DNA of 64,000 bases from Somniosus microcephalus (taxonomy: Eukaryota). Position numbers and translations under genes: made by a program. The first letter of the stretch is position 1. Every line of letters starts with the position of its first letter. A model generated the notes under the pieces. That model ran no database searches and was not told where the DNA came from. It was given only the letters and a program-made list of their open reading frames with translations. Shown in pieces: positions 12,227-24,959 of this stretch. The stretch covers positions 25,482,001 through 25,546,000 of the forward strand of contig JBMRGM010000042.1 in the NCBI GenBank assembly GCA_052327205.1. Reading direction: 5' to 3'.

Positions 12227-12963
12227 GGGCTGGATTTTGATGCTTTTGGGGTTGTAGTCCCGCCTCCATCGAGTTGTGACCGACCCACGTGATTTTCACT
12301 TGATTGACCTTGTTCAGCCCGCCCAGCGGGCTCAGCGGGTCAACTCAGGGCTACCCGGCAACAGGTGACGTCACAGATTGACATTTCATCTGTCAAAGAC
12401 TTTTGACAGATGAAATATCAGCATTTGACAGTTCTTTGAAGCTGTCAAACACTGACAATCTGTACTCCAAGTTAATTCCTTCATCTCAGGCTGATTTAGA
12501 GATCTCTCCGGAACAGAAAGCTGAATGCTGCAACTTTTGTCAGCTCGCAGCCATTCTGCTTTCTGTGCCGGTGAGATGAGGGACTCCCGAGACCTGAAGG
12601 AAGGCTGTAAAGGTAAGTAATGGTCATTAAACTTTTTAAAACACTTTACACACACAAAACACACTTACCTCTGCACTAATGCACCCATCACTCACCTGAA
12701 CACCGGACATCTCGAACCCTCCAAGCCCTTCAGCCCGACGGTCCGCCTCGCTAGCTTGGCGTGGTTTGGAGCCGTCGGGAATCCCACACTTCAGCAATGA
12801 CAACAGGGATTCAGCTAAAAACTGCCTGTTAACTACCTGTTAACAGACAGTTAATTGGCACTAATCCCCTTCCCGCCTCGGGGAGGTGGGTCCCAGCACA
12901 GGTCTGGTATCCGCCTCCTTTGAAACTGGCATGGAGGCGGGTTGGGTTCGTTTTTGGTAAATC
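12227..12963. mobile_element. MITE-like element (copy B), right end truncated
   Basis: Starts GGGCTGGATTTTGA; shares CTTGATTGACCTTGTT, TGTCAAACACTGACA, AAAGGTAAGTAA and CACCCATCACT blocks with copy A. Confidence 0.7.
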
Positions 12964-12964
12964 T

Positions 12965-13429
12965 TATGTTATTTTTAAAAGAGATACTAACTTTCAAAGT
13001 AGTTTTAGCTGGAAGCTGAAGTCATTTGAGCTGGAAGCTGAAGTCAGAGCTGGTAGTGAAACAATGGCTGGCACATCCCTGAGATGAAAACGATCAGTCC
13101 CGCCCACACACACACCGATTGGCCAACCATCAGGGGTCTGTACTTTAGGATTGGGCAATCGTGACGGCACAGGATTGGTCGAACATTGACGTCAGTTAAT
13201 CAATGCTAGCAGATAATGAGTATAATTTTGAAGGTTTTTCACATAAGGCGCGAACAATTCTCGTCCGACCGAAAAGTAAATACGCTTACGACCGTCCCGG
13301 AACCGTAAGCTTTCTTCGGACGTAATGCACGTGTAGGTACGCCCTATAACTTTCGAGCGCACAACCGCCCAGACGCACATGCGAGGACAGACAGACAGAA
13401 GGACAGAAGCATCGCATTATATATATAGA
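12965..13429 (-). mobile_element. Non-autonomous Helitron, 5' part (second tandem unit)
   Basis: Starts TCTATATATATAA on minus at 13429; 13095-13429 is homologous to 14880-15238; 3' end not identified. Confidence 0.72.
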
Positions 13430-13489
13430 CTAGAGCTGGAGTGCCCGGCGTTGCCGAGGCTTTTTCGAGGGCATGTTGTTGTTGGAAGA

Positions 13490-13648
13490 GAGAGAGAGAG
13501 CGACTGGGGGGAAGAGAGAGAGCGACTGGGGGAAGAGAGAGAGCGACTGGGGGGAAGAGAGAGAGCGACTGGGGGGAAGAGCGAGAGCGACTGGGGGGAA
13601 GAGAGAGAATGACTGGAGGGAAGAGAGAGAGCGACTGGGGGGAAGAGA
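13490..13648. repeat. About 22-bp tandem repeat (GACTGGGGGGAAGAGAGAGAGC)n running into the gap
   Basis: About 7 direct copies visible. Confidence 0.9.
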
Positions 13649-13835
13649 NNNNNNNNNNNNNNNNNNNNNNNNNNNNNNNNNNNNNNNNNNNNNNNNNNNN
13701 NNNNNNNNNNNNNNNNNNNNNNNNNNNNNNNNNNNNNNNNNNNNNNNNNNNNNNNNNNNNNNNNNNNNNNNNNNNNNNNNNNNNNNNNNNNNNNNNNNNN
13801 NNNNNNNNNNNNNNNNNNNNNNNNNNNNNNNNNNN
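13649..13835. other. Assembly gap (N run)
   Basis: Run of N. Confidence 1.
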
Positions 13836-14290
13836 GGACGGGGAGGGGTGAGGGGAGGGGAGGGTGTGGGGGGGAGGGGGGGAGGGGGAGGGGAGGACAG
13901 GGGAGGGGGAAGGCGGGGGGAGGGGGAGTGGGGGTGAAGGGGAGGGGGGAAGGGGAGGGGGAGGGAAGGCGGGGGGAGGGGAGGGGAGGGCGGTGGGAGG
14001 GGAGAGGGGGGGAGGGGAGTCAGGGGAGGGCCGGTGGGTGGGGAGGGGAGGGGGAGGCGGGGGGGAGGGGAGGGCGGGGGAGGGCGGGGGGGAGGGGAGG
14101 GGGGGGGAGGGGAGGTGGGGAGTGGAGGGGCGGCGGGGGGAGGGAGGGGAGGAGGGGGGAGGAGGGAGGAGGAGAGAGCAGGGGTGGAGGGATGGGCGGG
14201 GGGAGGGAGTGGAGGAGAGGGGGAGGTGGGAGGGGGAGAGAGGAGGACGGGGGAGATGAGGGAGGGGGAGGGGAGGGGAAGGGGGAGAGT
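13836..14290 (+). repeat. G-rich low-complexity tract (GGGGAGGG-like)
   Basis: Dense runs of 3-7 G separated by A/T/C; source of the spurious Pro/Gly-rich ORFs. Confidence 0.95.
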
Positions 14291-14844
14291 CCCCGAGCCT
14301 CCTGATCCCCGTCCGCCCAAACTCCCGAGCCCCCTTGTTGGCCCCCCCGAGACTCGACCACCACCCCGAGGCTCCCCCCCCCCACCAACCAAGCACCGAA
14401 CTCCGGAGGCGCGATCTTCCGAGCACCAGCCTCCCGAGCAGGCTTCAAGATTGCGGCTGTGCAAGATGGCTGGCGGGCCCGGTTGCCAGGGTAATCCTTG
14501 ACGCTCACCAAGCCCCGCCCCCCAGCCGAGCCAGAGAGAGAGAGACGCCGCGTCTCAGCAGCTCCTGCTGTGCGCGCACCCTTTAGTAAGGTAGCGGTGC
14601 TGGGCTGAGGCCCGCCCCTCCAGCCTTCGAGTGGGGCCGGGAGGTGCCTAGCTCGGGCGTGGGTGCGGAGGAGAGGCCGAGGCTTCGAGGCCTACCTGGA
14701 AAAACGGGGATAGGTAGGAAAATTAATGAGCTTAGATAAGTTAATGACTTTCTAAATCATTTTTTTTTAAAGCAATATGTATTTTAAAAGCAACGTTTTT
14801 TTGAAAGACGCAGAAAGCGGGAAAAAGAAAGGAAAAGTATGGAA

Positions 14845-14960
14845 TCAAGATGGCGGCGACTCACCTCGGTTCAGAACGATAAGGCCCGCCCACACACGCA
14901 CCGATTGGCCCGGCAGCACACGCCAGCAACCCGGCGTATGATTGGTCGAGCACGAGGTCA
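14845..14960 (-). promoter_or_regulatory. CpG-rich promoter-like module inside the Helitron (two CCAAT boxes, GC box, YY1 motif)
   Basis: CAAGATGGCGGC at 14846-14857, GGCCCGCCC, two GATTGG motifs; CCAAT/GC arrangement conserved in the second unit at 13097-13195, which also has TGACGTCA. Confidence 0.5.
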
Positions 14961-15249
14961 CTCTGTCGCTAATGAGCGGATAATGAGATGCTAATGAGCG
15001 GAATGTTAAGGTTTTTTGGATACCGTGGGCGCGAATTTAGCCCGGCCGAAACGTAAATACGCTTACAACCGTTTTGGAAAGGTAAGCTTTCTTTCGACGT
15101 AACGCACGCATAGGTACGGCCTGTAACTTTCGAGCGCATAGCCGCCCAGACGCACACCTGCAGACAGACAGACAGACAGAATGACAGACAGAAGGACAGA
15201 CAGAAGGACAGACAGAACGACCGATTTATATATATAGATTGTGTGGCGG

Positions 15250-16365
15250 CTTGGTCGGGTGGTGGATGCGGGGAGGATGTTTCCACTGCTGGGTGAGACT
15301 AGAACTAGGGGGCATAATCTTAGAATAATGGGTTGCCCTTTCAAAACTGAGATGAGGACAAACTTGCTCACTCAGAGGATAGTAAATCTATGGAATTTGC
15401 CACCTCAGTGAGCTGTGGAAGCTGCGACATTAAATAAATTTAAAACGGAGCTAAACAGTTTCCTAGCTGATAAGGGAATAATGGGTTACGGGCAAAGGGC
15501 AGGGAAGTGGGCGTGAGTCTATGTTCAGTTAACCCATGATCCTATTGAATGGCGGAGTGGCCCCAATGGGCCATAAGACCTACTCCTGCCCCTACTTCTT
15601 ATGTTCATATGTAAATGGTGAGAGATTGGGACATGTTGGTCTTCAGAGGAACCTGCGGGTCGTTGTACACAAATCACTGAAAGTTAACATGAAGGTACAG
15701 GAACCATTTAGGAAAGCAAATGGTATGTTGGTCTTTATTACAGTAGGATTCCAGTTTAAGATTAACCGACTTACTGCAATTACATAGAGCCTTGGTGAGA
15801 CCGTACGTGGAATGTTGTGTACAGTTTTCTTCTTCTTACCTAATGAAGTATAAACTTGTCATCGATGGAGTTCAGCAAAGGTTCACCAGACTGCTTCCTG
15901 GGATGTGGGCTTGACCTATGGAGAGCGATTGAGTAAACAACGTCTATAATCTCTAGAGTTTAGAAGAATGAGAGGTGATCTCATTGAAACATACAGAATT
16001 CTGACAGGGCTTGACACGGAAGATGCACAGAGGATGTTTCCACTGGGTCGGGAATCTAGACCAAGGGGTCACAGTCTCAGAATAAGTGGTCGGCCAATTA
16101 GGACTGAGATGTGGAACCATTTACTCACTCAGAGGGTGGTGAATCTTTGTAATTCACTATCGCTGAGGCTTGTGGATGTTCAATCGTTGATTATATTCAA
16201 GACAGAGATCGATAGATTTTTGAATATTAAGGGCATGAAGGGATATGTGGATAGTGCAGGTAAGTGGAGATGAGGTACAATATCAGCCTTGATCTTACTA
16301 AATGGTGGAGCAGGTGCGTTGGGCCAAATGCTCTACACCTGCTCCTATTTATTATATTGTTATGA
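15250..16365 (+). mobile_element. Two consecutive CR1 3' fragments (15250-15610 and 15610-16365)
   Basis: RT C-terminal remnants (MRGDLIETYRILTGLD...TQRVVNL) and CR1 tails. Confidence 0.88.
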
Positions 16366-16599
16366 ATCAATACCACCTGCTTAGCGCCAACGCACATTTA
16401 GCCACACCGACAGAGATGAATTGCTCGGCCCTTGTCTGCCGATATCGGTACATATGAAATGTAACAGCGTGCTGAAGAATTGGACTTAAACTTTGCCTCC
16501 AAAGGATCGGCTTGAACCCATTCATATTCATTTGTTATCTTCCATGACAGATGCTAGAGTGATGCGGAGATATAAGGTTATATGTAAAATTAATATCAA

Positions 16600-16760
16600 G
16601 CATTTCTTTCTGATCCAAAACTATGCTGTCCATGTCCTAACTCGCAACAAGTCCCGTTCACCCATCACTGCTGGGCTCGCTGACCTACATTGTCTCCCGG
16701 TTAGGCAATGTCTCGATTTTAAAATTCTCATCCTCGTGTTCTTTCCCAAATCATTGCCAA
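16600..16760 (+). mobile_element. L2 LINE fragment
   Basis: IQNYAVHVLTRNKSRSPITAGLADLHCLPV...DFKIL, the L2 RT C-terminal motif. Confidence 0.75.
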
Positions 16761-16999
16761 GTGTACACTAAAGGACGTGCATCCCGAAAATGCCAAACGT
16801 TAGATTGTTTCTGTTTAGCATTTTACCGTAAGTACCTTTCATCCCCAGTGGTGCAGCTGGATTCCTGCAATTGGCATCAGGGGGACGAGGCACAGGTGAG
16901 GGAGTAGAATTTGGCTCGGAATGTAGCACAAGAGATCACCACCTCCACTTTCTCCCTTCAACTTACACAGCATCCAGAAATGGACTTTAACAAATGCCT

Positions 17000-17400
17000 T
17001 CTTCGGGTTTGGGAATCGCTGGGAAGGCTAGCATTTATTGCCATGCCCTAACTGCCACTGAGAGTGATGTGGTGAGCGGGCGTATACAATGGAAAGGCTT
17101 GCTGGACCATTTCTGTGGTGCAGTTAATAGTCAACCACATTGCTGTGGGTCTGGAGTCACATTTCGTCCAGGATGGGCAAGGACAGCAGATTTTTTTCCC
17201 TAAAGGACATCAGGGAACCAGCTGGGTTTTGCAGCAATCTGGTAGCGTCATGTTCACCATTAATGATACTCGCTTTTGCTTCCAGAATTGTTAAAATAAT
17301 TGAAATTAAATTCCCCAGCTGCTGCGATTTGAATTCAGGATCATTTGTCCAGGCATCTTGTTTTTTCTTCCAGCAGCATATCCACTATACTACCGTACCC
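17000..17400 (-). mobile_element. tRNA-derived SINE with an L2-type tail, degenerate
   Basis: Tail shared with the L2-type LINE (GCTAGCATTTATTGCC), SINE body CCCTAAAGGACAT...GAACCAG, head remnant near 17330-17400. Confidence 0.6.
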
Positions 17401-17699
17401 TTCAAACATATCTCCTTTCCTTCATTGGCATTGGAGCAAAAGCATAAAATTCCTTCTGTACCAGTTTTGTGGGAGCACTTTCACCACACGGACTGCAGCG
17501 GCATGAGATGAAGGTTCACCATTTTCTCGAGAATATAATTAATGGTTTTTTAATTCATTGATTGAAAGATTGAAACCAGGTGAGGCCTATGCTCAGTGCA
17601 TGGCGGCAAAACAACTTGGTTCACCAATTCTATGATTCTATGATTGCTCCTGCCCACAATTTCCCAATTTCACTGTCCTTTCAAAGGTATTTGAAGAAG

Positions 17700-18475
17700 T
17701 ATCACATGAAAACAAAATTGATGTCCATGTGATTAAAGTAGCAGTGGCAACATAGTTCGGATTTTGGCTAAGAGACAGAAAGCAGAGAGTAGTGTTAAAC
17801 GGTTGTTCTTCAGACTGGAGATGGGTACAGGTTGGCATTCCCCATGGGTCGGTGTAGAAGACATTGCTCTTTTCATGTACACCAGTGCAATAGGCTTGGT
17901 TATACAACGCATAATTTCAACGTTTGCAGATGTCAGCAATGATATTAAACAATCAGAAGTTTAGCAACAGACTTGAGGAGGTCACAGACAGACTGGTGAG
18001 ATGGACAGGTTCAAGGCAGATACAATTTAACACAGGGAAGGGTGAAGTGATACATTTTGGTAGGAGGTATGAGCAGAGGCAATTGAAACTAAATGGTACA
18101 ATTTAAAAGCGAGTGTATGATCAGAGTGACCTCGGCTGTACTTACACAAATCTGTGAAGGTGGCAGGACGGTTTGCGACGGCTGTAAAAAGAACATACTG
18201 AGCCCTTGGGTTTACAAACAGAGACACAGAGTAACAAATTCCATGAAGAAATAAATCACTGGTTAATAGCGACCTTCTATAAATCTCTGGTTACGCCCCA
18301 TCTGGAGCATTGTGTCCAATTCTAGGCGCCACACTTTGAAAAGCATGACAAGGATTACAGAAGGTGTAGGGATTTACGAGAATGGTACCAGGGATCTGGG
18401 ACATCAGTTACATGGAGAGATTGGCGGGGCAGCGATTGTTTATTTAGAGTAGGGAAGGTTAAGAAGCAGAAAGAT
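17700..18475 (+). mobile_element. Highly degenerate CR1 RT fragment
   Basis: QRVV...FAD...FNTGKGEVIHFGR remnants. Confidence 0.75.
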
Positions 18476-18931
18476 GGAATCATAGAAATTTTCGGCACAG
18501 AAGGAGGCCATTCGGCCGATCATGCGTGCTCTGGTTGTAAAAGCTATCGAGCCGAATTCCACTTTCCAGCTCCGCTCTCTGGGTGAAAAATATCTCCTCA
18601 TCTCCCCTCCAATCCTTCTACCAATTACATTTAACTCTATGCCCGCTGGTGATTGACCTCTCTGCTAAGGGAAATAGATGGTGTCTATCCACTCTATCTA
18701 GGTCCCTCATAAATTTATACAGCTTAAATAAGACTCCCCTCTGCCTCCTCTGTTCCAAAGTTAACCGCCTATCCAATCTTTCCTCATAGCTAAAACTCTC
18801 CAGTACTGGCAACATCTTCGTGAATCTCCTCTGCACACTATCGAGTGCAGTCACAATTTTCCTGTAATGTGGTGAACAAAACTGTATGCATTATTCTTAG
18901 CTGTGGCCTAACTAGTGTTTTATACAGTTCT

Positions 18932-19757
18932 AGAATTGCTTCAAACACTGAGATACATCAGGGAGGGGGAGAGTTACCTGGACTCTGTGTATCAGGAGGT
19001 AGTCACACCAATTAGATTAATTAACTCAGATATAGTCCGTGGCCAGGGTCAGGATGGTGTGTCTAGAAGTGAGGCAGGTACGGGGATCCAGGAGGTAGTG
19101 TTGGAGGAGCCGCAGCCCTTGCACTTGTCCAACATGTTCGAGGCTCTTACTCCCTGTGAGGATGGGAACAGGGACTGCGGGGAGGATGAGCAACCTGGCC
19201 ACAGCACCGTGGAGCGGGGGGCCATTCAAGTGGGGGGAGTTAAAAGAAATGTTGTAGTGGTAGGGGATAGTATCATTAGGGGGATAGATAGAGTTCTCTG
19301 CAGCCGAGAGCGAGAGTCCCGAAGGCTGTGTTGCCTGCCCGGTGCCAGGGTTAAGGACATCTCCTCTGGACTGGAGAGAGACTTGGAGTGGAAGGGGGAG
19401 GATCCAGTTGTCGTGGTGCATGTTGGTACCAATGACAGAGATAGGACAAGGAAGGAGGTTCTGCTGAGGGAGTTTGAGCAGTTAGGGGCCAAATTAAAAA
19501 GCAGAACCACAAGGGTAATAATCTCTGGATTATAACCTGAGCCACGAGCGAATTTGGCTAAGACAAATAAAATTAGAGAGTTAAATGCGTGGCTCAAAGA
19601 CTGGTGTGGGAGAAATGGGTTTTGCTTCCTGGGACACTGGCACCAGTACTGGGGCAGGAGGGAGCTGTTCCGTTGGGACGGGCTTCATTTGGCCAGTGCT
19701 GGGACTCGAGTCCTGGGGGATCATATAACTAGGGCTGTAGAGAGGGATTTAAACTAA
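18932..19757 (+). pseudogene. CR1 ORF1, SGNH/GDSL esterase domain
   Basis: VVGDSIIR, CLPGARVKD, HVGTND, DGLHL; one stop at 19533-19535. Confidence 0.9.
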
Positions 19758-19795
19758 CTAGTGGGGGGGGGGTTCCTAGAGAGCAAATAATACAA

Positions 19796-22747
19796 ATGAC
19801 AACAGAGAAGGTCATAGGCTTTGGTAGCAGTGGGCAAATTAAAAACCAGAGCATGTCAGGAAGGGGCAGAAGGTATAGTGTAAAAGGTAAAGCAATAAAA
19901 AGGGCAAAAGCAGGAACTAAGTGTCACAAAACATCTTTGAAAGTTCTCTATCAGAATGCACGTAGCATTCATAACAAAATAGATGAGTTAATGGCACAAA
20001 TAACTACATATGGGTATGATCTTGTGGCCATTACAGAAACATGGGTGCAGGTTGACAATGCCTGGGAATTAAACGTACCATGTTATTTAACGATCAGGAA
20101 GGACAGGCAGGAAGGAAGGGGAGGTGGGGTGGCTATGTTAATAAAGGAAGGAATCACTGTAATACAGAGAAAGGATATTGGGTCAAAAGATCAGGACAAT
20201 GAAACAGTTTGGGTGGAGGTAAGGAATAATAAGTGGAATAAAACACTAGTGGGTGTACTCTATAGGCCTCCGAACTGTGGCAACTCTGTTGGACGGAGTA
20301 TCAACCAGGAAATAGTTGAGGCTTGTAATAAGGGAACAACTATAATTATGGGGGATTTTAACTGTCATATTAATTGGACAAATCAAATTGGGCAGGGCTG
20401 CCTTGAGGATGAGTTCATTGAGTGTATTAGGGATGCGTTTCTTGAGCAGTATGTAACTGAACCGACCAGGGGGCAAGCAACCTTAGATCTGGTCCTGTGT
20501 AACGAGACAGGATTAATTAAAAATGTCCGAGTAAAGGATCCCCTTGGAATGAGTGACCATAACATGGTTGAATTCCATATTCAATTAGAGGGTGAGAAGG
20601 TTGGATCTCAAACAAGCGTGCTAGGCTTGAATAAAGGAGACTATGAAGGTATGAGAGCGGAATTGAGTAGAGTGGATTGGGAAAATAGATTAAAGTGTAA
20701 GACGATACATGATCAGTGGTGTACATTTAAGGAGTTATTTTACAACTTCCAAAAAATATATATTCCACTGAGAAGAAAAGGGTGTAAAAGAAAAGACAGC
20801 CATCCGTGGCTAAGTAAAGAAATTAAGGATAGTATTCGACTAAAAACAAGGGCATTTAAGGTAGCCAATTCTAGTGGGAGGATAGAGGATTGGGAAAATT
20901 TTAAAAGACAGCAAAAAATAACAAAAAGATTGATTAAGAAGGGGAAGATAGATGATGAAAGTAAATTAGCAATAAATATAAAAAGAGATAGTAAGAGTTT
21001 TTATAGTTATATAAAAAAAAAAAGGGTGGCTAAAGTAAATGTTAGTCCCTTAGAGGATGGGACCGGGAAATTAATGGTGGGAAATATGGAGATGGCAAAA
21101 ACACATAATGAATATTTTATATCAGTTTTTACAGTAGAAGACACTAAGAATATCCCAACATTGGACAAACAGGGGGCTAAAGGTGGGGAGGAGCTAAACA
21201 CGATCAAAATCACTAAGGATGTGGTGCTCGGTAAAATATTGGGACTCAAGGCGGATAAATCACCTGGACCTGATGGCTTACATCCTAGGGTCTTGAGGGA
21301 AGTGGCGGTAGGGATTGTGGATGCATTGTTAATAATTTTCCAAAACTCCCTGGACTCGGCAATGGTCACGGCAGACTGGAAAACTGCTAATGTAACACCC
21401 TTATTTAAAAAGGGCAGTAGACAGAAGGCTGGAAACTATAGACCGGTTAGCCTAACATCTGTGGTAGTTAAAATTTTCGAGTCCATTATTTAGGAGACAG
21501 TAACAGGACATTTGGATAATCATAATTTAATAGGACAAAGTCAGCATGCTTTTATGAAGGGGAAGTCATGTTTGACAAATTTGCTGGAGTACTTTGAGGA
21601 TGTAACATATAGGGTGGATAAAGGGGAACCAGTGGACGTAGTGTATTTAGACTTCCTTAAGGCATTTGACGAGGTGCCACACAAAAGATTGTTGCTTAAG
21701 ATAAAAAATCACGGGATTGGGGGTAATATTCTGGCATGGATAGAGGATTGGCTCTCTAACAGAAGGCAGAGAGTTGGGATAAATGGTTCATTCTCACACT
21801 GGCAAACAGTAACTAGTGGTGTTCCGCAGGGGTCAGTGCTGGGTCCCCAACACTTTACAATCTATATTAACGATTTGGAGGAGGGGACCGAGTGCAACCT
21901 ATCAAAGATTGCAGATGAAACTAAGATGGGGGGGAAAGAAGTGAGTGAGGAGGATGTAAAAAACCTTCAAGGGGACATAGACAGGCTAAGTAAGTGGGCA
22001 GATATTTGGCAGATGGAATACAATACTGGAAAGTGTGAGGTTATGCAGTTTGGCAGGAAAAATCGTAGAGCAAGTTATTATCTGAATGGCAAGAAACTGG
22101 AAAGTACTGAAGTGCAAAGGGATCTGGGGGTCCTGGTGCACGAAACTCAAAAGGTTAGTATGCAGGTGCAGCAATTGATTAAGAAGGCCAATGGAATGTT
22201 GGCTTTCATTGCTAGGGGGATAGAATATTAAAATAGGGAGGTATTGCTTCAGTTGTACAAGGTATTGGTGAGACCGCACCTGGAATACTGCGTACAGTTT
22301 TGGTGTCCATATTTAAGAAAGGACATACTTGCTCTCAAGTCAGTACAAAGAAGGTTCACTCGGTTAATCCCGGGGATGAGGGGATGGACATATGAGGAGA
22401 GGTTGAGTAGATTGGGACTCTACTCATTGGAGTTCAGAAGAATGAGAGGCGTCCTTATTGAAACATATGAGATTGTGAAGGGGTTGGATCGGGTGGATGC
22501 AGGGAAGATGTTCCCGATGATGGGTGAAATTAGAACTAGGGGGCATAGTCTTAGAATAAGGGGCTGCTCTTTCAAAAGTGAGATGAGGAGGAACTACTTC
22601 ACTCAGAGGGTGGTAGGTCCATGGAATATGCAGCCCCAAAAAGCTGTAGAAGCTACATCATTCCATAAATTTAAAACAGAAATAGACAGTTTCCTAGAAG
22701 TAAAGGGAATTAAGGGTCACGGGGAAAGGGCAGGAATTTGGACATGA
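19796..22747 (+). pseudogene. CR1 ORF2 (APE endonuclease plus reverse transcriptase), in-frame stops at about 21491 and 22229
   Basis: ORFs 19796..21493, 21512..22231 and 22244..22747 share one frame; [14 protein letters not shown] (decayed FADD). Confidence 0.93.
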
Positions 22748-24249
22748 GTCTAGGTTCGGATCGGTCATGGCCCTGTGAGTAGCGGAGCGGGCCCAGGGGC
22801 CGTGTAGCCTGATCCTGCTCCTATTTCATGTGTCTAATTCTGTTAGATTCAGGAGATGGTTCTGTGATCGTGGATTGGCAGTTAGGATCAGATCAGCCAT
22901 GATCTTATTGAATGGCGGAGCAGGCTCGAGCGGCCGATTGGCCTACTCCTGCTCCTATTTCTTATGTTCTTATGTAACTTCCTTCCTCTTATGTTCTATG
23001 CCTCGGCTAATGAAGCAAAGTATCCCATATGCTTTCTTAACCTCCCCATCTACAGGTCATGCTACATTTAGGGATGTGTGGACATGCACTCCAAGGTCAC
23101 TCTGTTCCTCTACACTTTTCATTACCCTAGCATTTATTGTGTATTCCCCCTTGCCTTTTTAGCCCTCCCCAAATGCATTACCTCACACTTTTCTGGATTG
23201 AATTCCATTTGTGACTTTTCTGAACATCGGACCAGTTCATTGATATATTCCTGCAGTTTATAGCTGTGTTCCTCGCTATCAACCACACGGCCAATTGTTG
23301 TATCATCTCCAAACTTCGTAATCATGGCCTTCGCATTGAAGTATTAATCATTGATATGTACCACAAAAAGCAGGGGACCGACTATGGAGCGCTGCAGAAC
23401 TGCACTGGAAACATCCTTCCATGCACAAAATCACCTGTCGCCTATTACCTTTGGCTTCCTGCCACTGAAACAATTTTGGATCCAACTTGCAACTTTCCCT
23501 TGGATTCCATGGACAATTACTTTTTTGCCAAAGGCTTTGCTTATATCTATGTGGACTACATGAAATACAGTACCCTCATCGAACCTCCTCGTCACCTCAT
23601 CAAAAAATTCAAACAATTTACTGAGGCACTCCCTTCCCTTAACAACTCCACGATGACTGCCCTTGATTAATCTGTGCCTTTCTAAATGCTGGTTTATACT
23701 GGCCATCACATATTTTCCAATATTTTTTCACTACCGAGGTTAGGCTGATTGGCCTGTAATTGTCCTTTCACTTTCTCGCTCTTTGAACAACGTTACAACG
23801 TGAGCAGCCCTCCAGTCCTCTTGCACCACGCCAGTAGCCAGAGAGGATTGGAAAATGAAGGTCTGAGCCTTTGCAATATTTTTCATCCTCTTTCTTTGCC
23901 TTCCTAATTTCATTTATATTTTCACCCCAGCACTTTCTATACTCGTCTAGGATTTCTGCAGTATTGTGCCCTCGTTATCTGTCAAAAGCTTCCTTTTTTT
24001 CCCTTATCCTAACCTGTATGTTTCTTGAAATCCAGGGGAATGGATAATTGGGGGTCACATCCTATTTCTTTGTGGAAACAAATTTGCGCTGAACCCTCAC
24101 TATCTCCTTCTCGAATGCTTCCCACTGCTGTCAATGGTTTCCCTTCAAGCAACTGTTTCCAGTCCACTTTTGCTAAATCACATCACAGCTTCGTAAAATT
24201 AGACTTTCCGCAATTGAGAACATTTACACTTGGTCTATCTTTGTCCTTT

Positions 24250-24630
24250 TGCATAATGGGAGATTTAATAGTGATGGTCAAAATCGTGATGTGTGTTGAT
24301 AGAGTACAGAAGTCGAAACCATTCCCAGTGGCAGAATGTTGAGCAACCAGATGTCACAGATTTAAGTTTATTGGCAAATGAACCAGAGGAGAGATGAGGA
24401 GAATTTTCTTTATGCAGTGAGTTGTTGTGATCTGCAATGCACTGCCTGAGAATGTGCTGGTAGCAAATTCAATAGTAAGTTTCGGCAGGGAGTTGGATAA
24501 TTATTTGAAGGGGAATGTTTAACAGGGCTCTGGCTAATGTATAGGATTAATTTGATAGCTCTGTCAAAGAGATTGCACGGACATAATGAGCCGAATGGAC
24601 TCCTTCTGTGCTGTACCATTTTATGATTCA
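24250..24630 (+). mobile_element. CR1 3' fragment
   Basis: GAGATGAGGAGAATTTT...TGTGCTGTACCATTTTATGATTC tail. Confidence 0.75.
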
Positions 24631-24959
24631 ATGAGCAGGAGAAAGAGAGAGAGCGAGAGAGGGGGTGGCAGAAGAGGGAAAGGGAAAGAGATAGAGAGGA
24701 AGAAAAATAGGGTCTGATAGATTGGGAGAGGTACAGAGGAAAATAACTGGGCTGAACCGTTTTATGATTCTATGGCCAGGATACATAGAGAGAGAGAGAT
24801 GATACAGAGATAAAGACAAAGAGAGAAAGAAAATTAGACACAGAACGATTGGGAGAGGTACAGAGAAAACGTACATTATCCTTAAAAGGGGAATTGGATA
24901 AATATTTGAAGGGGAACAATTTGCAGGACTATGGGAAAAGTGCAGGGGAATGGGACTAA

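Larger units (their letters stand above)
13430..15238 (-). mobile_element. Non-autonomous Helitron (first tandem unit; spans an assembly gap)
   Basis: Minus-strand 5' A|TCTATATATATAA at 15238, (CTGT)n microsatellite, 3' GC hairpin CGGC-AAC-GCCG about 12 nt before a terminal CTAG at 13433-13430. Confidence 0.8.
18932..22975 (+). mobile_element. CR1/L3 LINE (copy 2), 5'-truncated within ORF1, same family as copy 1
   Basis: ORF1 SGNH esterase and ORF2 endonuclease-RT with few stops; (TTCTTATG)n tail. Confidence 0.96.
18478..24250 (-). mobile_element. Older CR1 split by CR1 copy 2 (18478-18931 and 22976-24250)
   Basis: Sequence ...TATACAGTTCT at 18931 resumes as AACTTCCTTCCTCTTATGTTCTATGCC at 22976; RT remnants KFGDDT and EFNPEKCEVMHLGR on minus. 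Confidence 0.8.

Noticed and set aside
13344-14586. Long Pro-rich and Gly-rich ORFs (360 aa, 344 aa and others)
   Set aside because: Artefacts of a G-rich low-complexity tract and an N gap
2987-22975. Inverted CR1 copies as the arms of one large composite element
   Set aside because: Each has its own truncation point and sits in a different host element, so they are independent insertions of one family
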